From the NCBI RefSeq assembly GCF_006345805.1, contig NC_043012.1, forward strand, positions 10,664,001 through 10,728,000: a stretch of 64,000 nt of DNA, written 5' to 3'. Positions 13,046 through 26,426 of the stretch are shown piece by piece; position 1 is the stretch's first letter; every line of letters begins with the position of its first letter. The notes under the pieces were generated by a model that did no database searches, was not told where the DNA came from, and worked only from the letters and a program-made list of their open reading frames with translations. Position numbers and translations under genes: made by a program. Source of the stretch: Octopus sinensis (lineage: Eukaryota).

Positions 13046-13338
13046 ATACATGCATATAACCATATGTGTGTGTGTGTGCTGTTGTCATTACTGTGCTATA
13101 TTTCAGTGTGTAACTATAGTAGTGAACAAGACAAAACTGATTCTCATGTATATGAAATGTGGCATGTTTAAATATAGCAGGACATGTTGTATCAACGCCG
13201 CCATGGTGCATATTATAACTGATGCATTTCACATGTGCATTAAATACTGCATATGCATCGAACTGCATTAAGATCAACCGAAATAGACGGATATTACAAC
13301 ACATTTACACACTATGTGACGTGACTAAAATACATCTA

Positions 13339-13378
<40 letters not shown>

Positions 13379-13818
13379 TATATAGATACTAGATAGATAG
13401 ATAGAAGGAGGTACCTACCGCATTAGCGCATTCGCTGTGTATATACGTACATATATACATGTACATGTGTGTAAGTATGTATGTATGTATTCATGCATGT
13501 AAATTTGTATGCATGTATACGTACGCAAACAAATGCAAGCAGATAGTCATACAGTGCCTGCTCGTTTATGGAAAATGTTACTGCTGTTTGAATGTGATTC
13601 CAAACTATATTTGGGTGGTTTAATTGTGTACGTGTGTTGCTACGTATTATACATACATAAACGTGCACATGCACATATATACACAAGCATACACATGTAT
13701 ATGTATGTCACATGACTACATAAACGGAACATGCACACACTCAGAATGTAATCTTCGACACACAATGGATGTATGTAGATGTGTATGTACGTTAAATGTA
13801 TGTATAAATGTATATGTA

Positions 13819-13852
<34 letters not shown>

Positions 13853-14134
13853 TGTGTGTGTGCACGGGTGCATGTAGGAGTGTCTGTGAGGCCGCTACAT
13901 TAAAACAGATGCAGGACGTACTGCAAAGTTATGGATGATTGGAAAGGCCCTCAACCCAAAGAAATGACATAAGATCAAATCGTGGTCCTTCAACCCGTCG
14001 AAGACGGCAGCAACTCTTGCATATGCATGCATATGGTTATGTATATGTGTATATGTATATCATAATGTTTATGTATATGTATGCGTGTATATATATGTAT
14101 AATATATTATATATAATATATATATATATAAATA

Positions 14135-14281
14135 AAAGCCCTGTACTTATTCTATCATGCCTTTTACCGAACCGCTATATTACGGAGACGTAAGCGCACC
14201 AACATAGACTGTCAGTATGTGGTGCTGAGGCAAACAGATTCACAAATCACACACACACAAAACCCCCACACACAATATATA

Positions 14282-14346
<65 letters not shown>

Positions 14347-14465
14347 GACGGGCTTTCAGTTCCCATCTACCAAATCCACCCGAAGCTACAGCAGAAGATA
14401 CTTGCCCAAGATGCCACGCAGTGGGACTGAAACCGGAACTATCTGGTTGGGAGGCAATTATTACT
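14135..14465 (-). mobile_element. SINE family A, diverged
   Basis: CCACGCAGTGGGACTGAA and internal (TA)n. Confidence 0.75.
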
Positions 14466-15259
14466 AATAACTGTTGATATAAGCCTGAAACTTTAAGGTC
14501 CAATGAATTATGGGTTGGGAAGTGTGTATTTGTAATCTATTTTTATCCATCTTCGCATATATGTATGTGTACATATATAGAATGTGGATAAGTAGGCAGA
14601 TAGACATCAATGACAATTGTGCATTGACTTTGAAAATATAATATTTAATCTCCACAGAGTCCATAGTATAGTCTCTATACTTTCAACAAATTGTGTGTAC
14701 TTCATCAGTTTCCTACACACAGCTTTGACAGCTGTCTTGCTCTAAGAGATGGTTTTGTCGCCAGGAATGCAGAAATTTGACCTCTGACGTTACCGTTCTC
14801 TCTTTCCTCCTTATTTATTTTCCTTTCATTCTGTCGTTCGTGCTTCTTTTCATTCTTGAGATGTAAGGTAATAAGTCTCAAGCTGATAATTTCTAGAAAA
14901 ATAAATTGACTGTTATTGGCAAGCGAGCACGACTTGATTGTTTAAACCATGGTTTCGCTTATTGTTTGAAGTGTCTTTGCGGTCGCGAGCAGACGCAAGT
15001 CCTGTCTCGGTCCTTCCAACTGAAACACTGAAGATGTGACTGCTGTAGGGAGGAAAAGAAAGAGAATGCTGCATTAGCAATCGGCTGGTACTCATTTTCG
15101 TTTAGTAGATTAAAGCAATTTAAATTGAAGTGCCTAGCTCAAGGACACAAGACTCTACTTGGACCAGGAATCGACCCCACGAACTTAGAATCATGGGTAC
15201 AACACCCTCACTAATAGAAATGCATCCGTAGATATATGAACGATGAAGTGAGAAAAATA

Positions 15260-15480
15260 CGGGTAATGCTAGCTCCTTGTGAAAAATTGTAAGAGAATGA
15301 AGGGAGGTTCAGTTCGTGTAGAGGCATGTTTTGTGATTGGGTTTAAAGACAAAGATAAGGAAAGAATTCCAGAGGGATGGCATTCAAAGGAAGAAGGAGT
15401 GAGTGCAGAGCTTAGTGTCGGGAGCTTGAGTCGGGGACAAGCCACAGATGACCGTAGGTTTCTGAGAGGATGCTACTGAT
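15260..15480 (-). mobile_element. Decayed LINE ORF2 C-terminal fragment
   Basis: Minus strand translates HSFFL*MPSLWNSF, resembling the SFFPR...LWNSLP motif. Confidence 0.45.
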
Positions 15481-15964
15481 GATGCAAAACCAGTCAACTC
15501 CATGGAACATCGGTCTCTGTTGTACCGTTAAACACGGCAATGTGGAATCAGAAAGTGCTGTTGTTTATCCCGAGGTCTCTCCTAGTCAAAAGCATTCCAG
15601 TCTTGACCACACCCTTTTTTTCCTACGCAGAACAAGCCAAGGACCACCTTCAAATTGTACCTTTTCGAAGATAGTCGAGTTTGACATTTGGCTGCTATTT
15701 CTAACAGAACAGTCAACGACTGTTGGTGTATGCTGACGGTCAACTTTATGCCAATATATTTCCATGGCCTTTTATATATTAGGGATTTGAAGGAACATAT
15801 AAGATTTGAAGGAAATATTAACATTTGAAGGAAATATTAGGGATTTGAAGGAATTTTAGTTGCTATTTCTTGCAGGTTGTTGTGTCCACGTATAGGTTTT
15901 TTCTCTGGCTTGCCAGCCGATGCAATATGCCGGATGACAAGTTATGCAATGATTCACTCACTCA

Positions 15965-16010
<46 letters not shown>

Positions 16011-16339
16011 GACACAGTCTAAAGAACATGTATCAATGCATTGAACTTTAAAAAATATCAGAATATATGTATATATTTATTTAATTTATTTATTTTATTT
16101 TATTTATTTATTTATTTATAGCTACTGTAACCACTGCTATCACCCACCACCTCCGCCACTGACCACACAAAACTCTAATCACGTTATTATCGATGTTGTT
16201 CTATCTGTTTGATCATGGTTATTGCTTCCTTAAACATATTCCATGTGCCACTGATAACGTGGACATTGCCACATTGATCTTTGTTTGATTGATTGATTTA
16301 TAGATTTTTAGTTTAGTTAATGTATGTTTTTTCTCACAG

Positions 16340-16775
16340 ATATCATCGTCAGCATCATCATAACCATCAACATCGCCGTCTCCAGCTTCATCGTTACCAA
16401 CATTCTCAGCATTATTATTAGGCTCATCATCATCATCATCCTCATCATGATCATTATCAACACGATCATCATCACCATCATCATCACCATCATCACTATC
16501 GTCATCATCACCGTTATCATCACCGTCATCATCATCATCATCATCGTCGTCATCATCGCAATCCTCAACATCGTCACCATGAACATTGTCATCGCGGTCG
16601 TCACCATCATCATCATCATCAACAACGATATCGTCGTCATCATTATCATGACCATCGTCGTTTCGACATCATCATTATCATCATCAAAGCCGTCGTCTTT
16701 GCCATCATCAAGTTTCGTCATCATAAATCATTATCATTGTCGTTATAGTAATTATCATCATGATAACATCATTAT
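16340..16775. repeat. Degenerate (CAT)n repeat
   Basis: Read directly. Explains the poly-I and poly-M ORFs. Confidence 0.9.
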
Positions 16776-16983
16776 AGCCGCCAATTCACCACTACGTTAA
16801 AGACAAAACAGAACATAGGCAGGCAGCATCCCTACAATACTCTCTTCACCATGTCGTTGGATGAATTTTAAGAATTTTAAGCTATCCTAATTTTGTGGAA
16901 CCTAATAATTTTTGCGTCTCTGAATTCTCTCAAGTCCTCATTATGGGAAACAGCCAGATAAGACATTCCATCTGTAACCATCC

Positions 16984-17070
<87 letters not shown>

Positions 17071-17094
17071 TGAAATACATCGTCCCCAGGATTA

Positions 17095-17483
17095 TGTGGG
17101 TGTGATGGCGGTAGCAAAATTTGTTGCTTCCAGTGCCGTTGAGACCCCCTTCGGTCATGAATGACCATGGGATGGCACCTATAAAGTTACCCTCCCAGGC
17201 ACAAGTCCGGGAAAGGTTGTTTATGGGAGGCCAGGAGTCGCCCATGCATACCAGCCTCTCCACACCACTGATGTCATCCAAGGGAAAGGCAAAGGGGCCG
17301 ATACAGCTTGGCACCAGTGACATCGCAGCTCATTTCTAGGGCTGAGTTAACTGGAGTAACGTGAAATAAAGTGTCTTGCTCAAGAACACAACACGCAGCC
17401 CGGTCCAGGATTCGAACTCACTACCAGGATTCGAACTCACGATCGTAAGCTTGACGCTCTGACCACTGAGCCATGCGCCTTCA
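17095..17483 (-). mobile_element. SINE family C (tRNA head plus GTGTTCTTGAGCAAGACAC block)
   Basis: Reverse complement of the copy at 33150-33490. Confidence 0.85.
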
Positions 17484-18019
17484 TGGTGTTTAAATACAGG
17501 CTTCTCCATTTAAGGAAACTGTTCTATGTCTGTATGCTATATGTTCTCTTTATTTTATATTTACTAGTGCGATGCTCGTCCTTCTGCTAACCGTAAGATA
17601 GTCAAATTTTAGTTCAAAATCTTTTGGCAAGTCCGAAGCCACAGTAAGAAACACTTGCCAAAGTTGCTACGCTGTGTGAGTGAACCCGGACTCATGCAAT
17701 TGAGAAATAAACTACTTACCACAGAGCAACGCCTGGTTTCTAACAAAGAAACAAAACACGGTTGCCGGAATTTGGGTTAAGAAAAAAGACAAGCATCACA
17801 TGATGTGCATTTGGAAAAGATCTGCTTGTTTTCACTGTTCCACTTACAAACTGCATATATAGTGCGTTAACTTGGTAGCTTACTTTAATCTGATTATTCT
17901 AACTTTTCGTGTTTGACATTTAAGCAGTTAATAACATAACCAAATATATGCATTTAGCTTCGAACCGATCAGAGCCCTGTGAGTGGATCTAGTAGACGGA
18001 AACTGAAAGAAGCCCGTTA

Positions 18020-18085
<66 letters not shown>

Positions 18086-18717
18086 ATCTATCTATCTATC
18101 TGTTTGTCTCCCACTGTCTTTCTCCCTCTATTTCTCCCTATATCTCTCTATTTCTTTCTCCTCCCTTTCTTTCTCTCTATATATACATAGATGTGTGTGT
18201 ATTTTAGTGCTTGTGTCCAATCAACACTTTACAACCGGTGCTGGTTTATTTATGTGGCTGTCACTTAGCAGTTCAGCAATAGAGTCTAATAGACATAGAA
18301 GAAGAGGATTGGAGTCGATTCTTTCGGCTAAAATTCTTCACTGCAGTGCTCCAGCATTGCCGCAGTCTAATGATTCGAATTTAAAGATAAGAGATAAAGA
18401 ATACATATGTATATATTAATACATATACAACTATATCCACATTGGGATATACAGATACACACATAAGCATACATACATACATACATACATACATACATGC
18501 ATACATACATACATACATACATACATACATACATACAGTTATGTGTGTATGCCTGCATGGATATCTGTGTGTTTGAACATATACGTACTCGAACACCCTT
18601 CGAGAAAGAGAGAACGTCAACTCATAGCCACACACATCACAAATGTGATCCCATACATCAGTATTGAGTCCTTTCATCCTTACATATTTGTTGACGTGCA
18701 ATCGTCAACAACTCATA

Positions 18718-19020
18718 CATGTATGTATGTATGTATGTATGTATGTATGTATGTATGTATGTATGTATGCACGTATGTATGTATGTATGTATGTATGTAT
18801 GTATGTATGTATGTACGTATGTATATACGTATGTATGTATGTATGCACGTATGTATGTATGCATGCATGTATGTATGCATGTATGTATGTATGCTTGTAT
18901 GTATGTATGTATGCATGCATGTATGTATGTATGCGCGTATGTATGTATGCACGTATGTATGTATGTATGTATGCATGCATGTATGTATGCGCGTATGTAT
19001 GTATGTATGTATGTATGTAT
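18718..19020. repeat. (ATGT)n microsatellite
   Basis: Read directly. Confidence 0.95.
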
Positions 19021-19314
19021 AAATACATGCATATAAGGACAGTGATGAATGAATGACCGATTGTCTTAGGAACTTCCTTAGCTTACAGCTGTTTCAAATA
19101 TAAAATGCAGTAGACTCATAGTTGAAACACTATGAGTCCACTGCATTTACAGCTGTTTCCACTTATAGTGGAATGAAGTTCATAAAATAACGGTTTATAC
19201 CTTTGTCATCTCATTATCTTATTACCGCTCTGTACTCGACTAATTCTTCTCTCAGAAGCGTTTGTATATTGAGTTCTACACCAAGATATCACTATCGCAA
19301 TGCCCAAGCGAAAT

Positions 19315-19533
19315 ATTGATTTCAAATTTTAGCACAAGGCCAGTAAGTTCGGGGGCGGGGTAGTAAGTCGATTAGATCAACCCGAGTGATCAACTGGTAC
19401 TCTTTTTATCGACCTCCAAAGGATGAAAAGCGAAGTCAACCTCGGTGGAATTTGAATTCAGAACACGAAGACTGGCGAAATGCTGCTTAGCATTTTGCCC
19501 GGCGTGTTAACCATTCTGCCAGCTCACTGCCTT
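19315..19533 (-). mobile_element. SINE family B, diverged
   Basis: GGATGAAAAGCGAAGTCAACCTCGG...CCAGCTCACTGCCTT. Confidence 0.75.
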
Positions 19534-19609
19534 GCCTAAGCAAAATATTAAGACATTATACGCACACACATGTATATACACATACATATATATATATATA
19601 TACATATAT

Positions 19610-19814
19610 CTCTTTTACTCTTTTTACTTGTTTCAGTCATTTGACTGTGGCCATGCTGGAGCACCGCCTTTAGTCGAGCAAATCGACCCCGGGACTTATT
19701 CTTTGTAAGCCCAGTACTTATACTATCGGTCTGTTTTGCCGAACCGCTAAGTGACGGGGAGTAAACACCCAGCATCGGTTGTCAAGCAATGCTAGGAGGT
19801 AAACACAGACACAA

Positions 19815-19868
<54 letters not shown>

Positions 19869-19918
19869 CACAATATATATATATATATATATTATATATA
19901 CACATATAGCACAATATA

Positions 19919-19967
<49 letters not shown>

Positions 19968-20132
19968 TACGACAGGCTTCTTTCAGTTTCCGTCTACCAA
20001 ATCCACTCACAAGGCATTGGTCGGCCCGGGGCTATAGCAGAAGACACTTGCCCAAGATGCCACGCAGTGGGACTGAACCCGGAACCATGTGGTTGGTTAG
20101 TAAGCTACTTACCACACAGCCACTCCTGCGCC

Positions 20133-20133
<1 letters not shown>
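19610..20133 (-). mobile_element. SINE family A, full length
   Basis: Complete head, (TA)n centre and tail. Confidence 0.9.
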
Positions 20134-20164
<31 letters not shown>

Positions 20165-20529
20165 TATATATTATATATATATATATATCACACACACACA
20201 CACACGCTACACGCATATACATATACACATACATAAATCAAAGTTGTTACATTGTCATTTAGTACGACATATTCTGTATATGTGAGTTAAATTAGACTTC
20301 TTAGTGTCTTATGTAAATAAAATCATATTTGCATGTAAGCGGAGCGTAAGGTATGATATTTGTTATACAAAGAGTGGTGCAATCGGAAATCACCAACCGA
20401 AACAAGCATCAATATATGGATTACGCTTATATTTTACTAGGACCGAGCTTTCAAGAGGAAACCCAATCGGCTTCAGAGAGATAATACACACACACACACA
20501 CACACTCGCGCGCGCGTGTATATGTATAT

Positions 20530-20692
20530 TTGTTTCAGTCACTTGACGGCGGCCTGAACAAAGCGACCCGAGTGCTTATTCTTTGTGAGGCTGGTACTTA
20601 TTCTATCGGTTTCTTTTGCCCACCTGCTAAGTTACGGGAACATAATCACATCATCATCGGTTGTTAAGCGATGGTGGGGACACACACATGCG

Positions 20693-20737
<45 letters not shown>

Positions 20738-20875
20738 GACGAACTTCTTTCGTCTACCAAATCCACTCACAAAGTTTTGCTCGGCCCGAGGCTATAGCAG
20801 AAGACACTTCGTCAAGGTGCCACGTAGTGGGACTGAACGCAGAACCATCAACCTTCTTACCACACAACCACGCCT
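20530..20875 (-). mobile_element. SINE family A, diverged
   Basis: Homology to the other copies. Confidence 0.75.
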
Positions 20876-20884
20876 ATATATAAA

Positions 20885-21272
20885 TACGAGAGAAAGCCAA
20901 ATATTATCTGCACCTTCATCACAACATATCTTTATTATTATTACATTGTCTTCTGCGCATGCGTGCTTATATTTAGTTCTATTTTTGTCATGTAATCGAA
21001 GTTTGAGCCTTGTCGCGCCATTTTTCATTCTGGCTTTACAGTGTAAGCATGGCCGCTGCATTAGCAATGTGCGCCAAAGAAGAACAAAGGGCAGTAATCC
21101 GATTTCTATGGTCGAAAGGTGTGTCAGCGGCCGAAATTCATCGGAAGCTTTTAGTAGAATACGGGGACAGGGTACTTTCGCATAGAATTGCGTATGAGTT
21201 GATGGATCGAGTAGTTTAAAAATGGCCGGACAGCGTGACGCACGAAGAGGGAGCAGGACGCCCTTCAACCTT
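20885..21272 (+). mobile_element. mariner 5' fragment (TIR region plus N-terminal HTH of a decayed transposase)
   Basis: Starts TACGAG and encodes EEQRAVIRFLWSKGVSAAEIHRKLLVEYGDRVLS, then THEEGAGRPST after frameshifts. Confidence 0.85.
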
Positions 21273-21529
21273 CTGCTATCATACTGTCAATTTTGGTCAA
21301 CATGCGCCGCAGGGTCTCGGAGGAGTTGGTGTTAGTAGAAGGCTACCAAACCTCACACACACACACACACAACACACACACATACATACACACACAACTT
21401 CAGCTTTATATATAAAGATATATATGTATACATACAACCACACACGCACGCGCAAATATATATATGTATGTGTGTTGGTATCTCTATGAATATGTTATCC
21501 ATAGACCAAAACACTTGCTTATACAGAGA

Positions 21530-21680
21530 TGTGGTGGCACGAGGTCTAGCGATTACGGTGCTGCACTCACGATCGTAAGATCGCGGTTTCGGTTCCTGGA
21601 CCGGGCGATGCATTGTGCTCTTGAGCAAAGCACTTCATTTCATGTTGCTCCACTCCACTCAGCTGACAAAATTGAGTAAT
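21530..21680 (+). mobile_element. SINE family C, 5' part
   Basis: GGTTTCGGTTCC B box and CTTGAGCAAAGCACTT. Confidence 0.7.
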
Positions 21681-21821
21681 CTTACAATGGACCGGCGTCG
21701 CGTCGAGAGGAAGAACCCGGGTTGGCAGATTTATGAGCTTATAACTAAGGAAGGACTTCCAAATGCATACATACATCGTATGGGCATACATAGATGCACA
21801 CATACGTATATACATAGACAC

Positions 21822-22035
21822 GCACGAGGGGTGGGGCTAAAAAGTTCTTGGGTTTGGGTAAAATAAAATGCAGGAGAATCAGTTAATAATGATTTTATTC
21901 AACAAATTCCCCTCTCAGATTCACATACTTGCTGCTGTGGTCCTTCAGTTTTTCTAAGCCATGTAAAAGGTTGCATTTCCAACCAGGCCTTTCGCGATAA
22001 CCTTGAAATCAAAATCTTTTCAGCACCCCTTCGTG
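21822..22035. mobile_element. mariner-type MITE
   Basis: Imperfect TIRs CACGAGGGG..CTAAAAAG / CTTTTCAGCACCCCTTCGTG. A second copy lies at 22533-22750. Confidence 0.7.
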
Positions 22036-22346
22036 TCCGTCCGTCCGTCTGTGTGTGAGTGTGTGTGTGTATGTGTGTGTGTGAGTGTGTGAGTGTGTGT
22101 GTGAGTGTGTGTGTGTGTGTGTGTGTGAGTGTGTGTGTATTTGAAAATTTTAATAATATAATTTTATAGTTTGGTTTGCAGATTTAGTTTTTCTTTGATT
22201 TTAATTCCCCTCTAGTTGTATCGGTCTTTCATAGGTCAAAGAGCTTTTTACGCACGTTGCCGCTTCTTCTTTTGTTTATTTCTTCTGGAATGGTGCTGTC
22301 GCACTTTTCACTCTTTTCCTTTTTCAAATATGCCTAACTGCACCAA

Positions 22347-22419
22347 GGATTTCACACCTCAAGATTAATCAGCCGAAATTGCGAGGACAATCCGGTTCTT
22401 GACTGAAGATTAAAGGCTT
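22347..22419 (+). ncRNA. Rearranged hammerhead motif, cleavage strand degenerate
   Basis: UCAAGA...AGCC-GAAA-UUGCGA...UCUUGA-CUGAAGA-uuaaa-GGCU, with an extra GGAUU/AAUCC helix. Confidence 0.6.
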
Positions 22420-22493
22420 CGAATGACCTGTCCGGGTCTTTTGTATAGTCTATCTGGATGTTTTGCGTTCTTGTCCCATTTTGTATGATATAT

Positions 22494-22532
<39 letters not shown>

Positions 22533-22536
<4 letters not shown>

Positions 22537-22750
22537 TGTGCTGAGAAGTTCCTCGATTCGGGTATAAGAAAATACGGGTGCGGGGTGATCAATTAATTAT
22601 GATTTTTTCAGCATATTTCCCTCTCAGATTCACACCCTTAATGCTTAGGTCTTTCAATTCCTCTAAACTTTGTAAAAGAACTCGTAAGCTAGGGCTTCGA
22701 ATCAGACCTTTGACGATTCCTTTAAAGCCAAAAACTTTTCAGCATCCCAG
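22533..22750. mobile_element. mariner-type MITE, second copy
   Basis: Shares CCCTCTCAGATTCACA and termini with 21822-22035. Confidence 0.7.
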
Positions 22751-23081
22751 CATATACACGTAGTACATCCATCCGTACATACACGTAGACATACATTTGC
22801 ATGTATGACCACAATAAGCTTGCATTGACTCGTCGTCGCTTCAGTGTAACTTGTTTCATGGAGCGTAGAGGCTTACAGCTAGCAGGTAGCATTGTGATTA
22901 AAAAACAAATAAACTCTACAAGCATCTAGTAATGAGGCCACTGTTTGATATCATACAGTACCACCCGTGTTGATATTAGCACATGATAAACACGGATTAA
23001 TATTTAGAAAGACTACACACGAAACATAAACACGATGTAAAAAAATTAAGGAAATATTAACAACCGGTTGTGTGCGTGTGT

Positions 23082-23155
<74 letters not shown>

Positions 23156-23781
23156 GTTTGTGCGTGCAAGTTAGTTTTGAAGTAATGTGTCCTCCATCCA
23201 TGGTTTGAACCGGCGCACATGTTTACTGTAGAAACCTTAATGAAGAAGGATACACCTCTTTTCTCTTTCTCTTTTAGTTGTTTCAGTCATTTGACAGCGG
23301 CCATGCTGGAGCACCGCCTTTAGTCGAACAAATCGACCCCAGGACTTATTCTTTGGAAGCCTAGTACTTATTCTGTCGGTCTCTTTTGCCGAACCGCTAA
23401 TAAAAGAATATATATATATGCATATATAAATATATATATATATATGCATATATATAAAAGAACATTATTACTCCTAAAACTAATAACGTTAGTGTGTATA
23501 ATATATGTATATATTTATTTATTATGCACACCTTCGAGATCTTGACAAGGATGCAGATATTAATCAAAAAATCAATCAATCAATTAATCAATCGATCATC
23601 TAAACAGTCAATTTTTCAATCTATATCAATGCATCGATACGTTGCAATCACTTGAGAATTTCAATCAGTAAAGGCATTCACGGAGCTATTGGAAATAAAG
23701 AGACAAGCAGAGAGATCGATAGATAGATAGATAGATAAAAATCAATCTGTTTATTATTTATTTGTATGTATGTCTCTCTTT

Positions 23782-23815
<34 letters not shown>

Positions 23816-25296
23816 GGAGTTAGATGGGCAGGTAGAATAGAATGTGCGTGCGTGCGTGTAGATGGGAGTTACAAGCATATATCAATCTCTCTCCTTTTAT
23901 CGGATCAATAACTTCAATAGGTTTATCAATATCTACAGTGAGTGAAACTCCCAAGTGATCGCAACGTATCGATACATTAATATAATTGAATAATTGACTG
24001 ATTAGCTGACTGATTAATTGATTGATTGCCTGATTGATGTATTGGTTTATTGATTACAAATTTGGTTATGTAATGTATGCATACTTGTATATGTATACAC
24101 ATATACACTGTATGTGATTATATACGTTTGATATATGCACTATACTTATATACATGCATACATAGTTACATATATATACATACATATTTAGTATGGATCT
24201 TTAGTATCTAGGTTCAAATCTTGTTGAGGTTACCTTTGCGTTTCATTCTTCCGGGGTTGGTAAAATTAAGTACTTGTCGAGTACTGGATAATTCTATGAC
24301 CACACCCCACATTCTCCAAATTTAAGGTCAAATCTAGGAATAATTATTTAAAAAAAATTATTCTAGAATATAGTGTTGAAAACATGTTAGGGAGGTGGAT
24401 AAAATGCCCTGCCGTATTTAGGTACATTCCTTTAGGTTCTGGGTTCAAATCCAGTAGATGTGAACTTAGCTTTCATTCTTTACGAATTGATAAATAAAAT
24501 ATCAGCCCGGGGAGTTGGACTGAGCACTGTGTAAGATTTCTTTCAATTCCCTGCATTCTGAGTTCGAATTTCCTCTTGGTGCCTGTCCAAAGCTAAACAC
24601 GTGACAGACCTTGTGGATACATCGTTGGATCTACAATTGCCCAGCGTGGACATGTACACATACAGACAAACATCGGTACAGCAAATAGTGACGGTTTGTT
24701 GAGTATTTCCTCCAGTGATGGATCAATAATGACTAAATGGATTGACATGAGGAGTGTTTGATGTGTCGATATTGTATCGATGATATTAACTGTGAAGTAA
24801 TAAATCCGTTGAACTTGGATGTTTTATTTAAAACCATTCAAGTTTATTCTCTTAGGAGCACAGATTAGTAGACATCAACGTTACTAGGATTCGAACATTA
24901 CACTTTAAGTTTCCGCTTCACTCAAAAATTATCGATTTAGGAATGAAGCTGTTTTTAACGTTTTTATCATAAGCTTTGCCTTTATAATTCGTTTTAAAAA
25001 AATGTCAGTATAATGCATTCCTAATATTAATGTATAGTGAAGTATGGTGTTTAAAAAAATGTTCGATAACAGATATATTTTATATGCGCGTGGGAGTCGG
25101 TGTGTGAATTGGCTTTGTTGTACCCGATTAATAAGACTAATGATTAAGAACGTTCCGTCTGTGACCATCGCAATCTTTTTGGTGATGTACTTAGGATCTA
25201 ATTCGTTAGGGAGAGTTTACGAAAAAAACAAAAGACGAAGACAGGTGGTGTACAAAACAAACAGATGTATTAGTATAGCGCTCAGGAATAGAAAAA

Positions 25297-25336
25297 GTCT
25301 TTTACGTTTCGAGCCTACGCTCTTCTACAGAAAGGG
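25297..25336 (-). ncRNA. Minimal type I hammerhead variant (CUGUAGA core) in a Penelope pLTR-like fragment of about 25215-25395
   Basis: CUUU-CUGUAGA-A-GAGC gu ag GCUC-GAAA-CGUA-AAAG. Confidence 0.6.
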
Positions 25337-26248
25337 ACACAGAAAAAACAAGGAGAGAAAAAAATGTGTGTAGTGGCTAACGATCTATCATGGCGACTAA
25401 TTCGTTACCTTGCTTGACACCACTTACTGGTCCTTGGTAGTTTTTGGATTCTATCCTGCTAGAAGTACTTGCGTCAGGGATTTAGAGCTAAGGATGCGTC
25501 ACCTCTTGTGGTGGAAGCTTTGAAAAGGTCCCTGTGAGTTATCCTGCCTCCTCTGACTAAGTAGTATATAAAAGCCGACAATGTTGTGTAATAACTTCCG
25601 CTCAGACATGGCTGTGTAGTTAGAAGTTCGCTTTACAACCACATGGTTCCGGGTTCAGTCCCACTGTGTGGCACCTTGTTTCATTGATTTCATTACTGTA
25701 TAGACGCAGTGTCGACGAATGGCTAAGAAATTCTCTTCGCAGTCACGGGGTCACGAGTTCAATCCCACAGTTGGATATCCTGGAAAAGTGCCTTTTATCA
25801 TAACGTCGGTTCAATCTAAGACTTCTGGGTTAAATTAGAGAGAGGGGAAACTGTATAGAAGCCCGTCGGTTACTTTGTAACTGTAATTCAAAAGTGCTAC
25901 CTTATCTTATATGATATTACGCTGTGTTAAAGGGGTACGCGTGTCTGTGAATATTCAGCCAATTATGCCAGTACACTACCACCCCAACACAACCAGAATA
26001 GTTGCTGTAAGTACCCCTGTGTAGAATAGTTCCGTTCTGCAGGTACCCTTCAGTAGAGTTGTTCTAAGTAACCCTAGGTAGTATAACTGAAAATACTCCC
26101 TGGAAGAATAGCTCAGTGATATAAGTCTCCCTAGGTAATACAGCAATAAGTACACCTGGGTGTATGTACCACAGTAAATACTACTACACGAAAAACCACC
26201 CAGACCACAGAAGACCGCCACCTACACCATCACACTACCATATCATAT

Positions 26249-26426
26249 ACTGGTGCTCCGCACCCTTTTATCACTTGCGGCACACTTTTCAAAATTCAGC
26301 GGCACAACTGAACTAAAAATATAACTAAAAGTATAGAGAACATTATATTCAGGTTACACTGCGGCACACCTAGAATCGCCTCGTGGCACACAAGTGTGAG
26401 GCGGCATATCGGCTGCGGAGCTCAGT
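26249..26426. mobile_element. hAT-like MITE
   Basis: Imperfect TIRs ACTGGTGCTCCGCA / TGCGGAGCTCAGT and repeated subterminal GCGGCACA motifs. Confidence 0.6.

Noticed and set aside
14660-14720. Minus-strand CUGAUGA...GAAA...UA hammerhead-like string
   Set aside because: Stems I and II do not pair convincingly.
14850-14905. CTTGAGA/TCTCAAG hairpin followed by CTGATAA and GAAA
   Set aside because: The core is mutated and stems II and III are unsupported. It may be a relic but cannot be called.
26008-26170. CRISPR-like array
   Set aside because: Eukaryotic context, degenerate units, no unique spacers and no cas genes.
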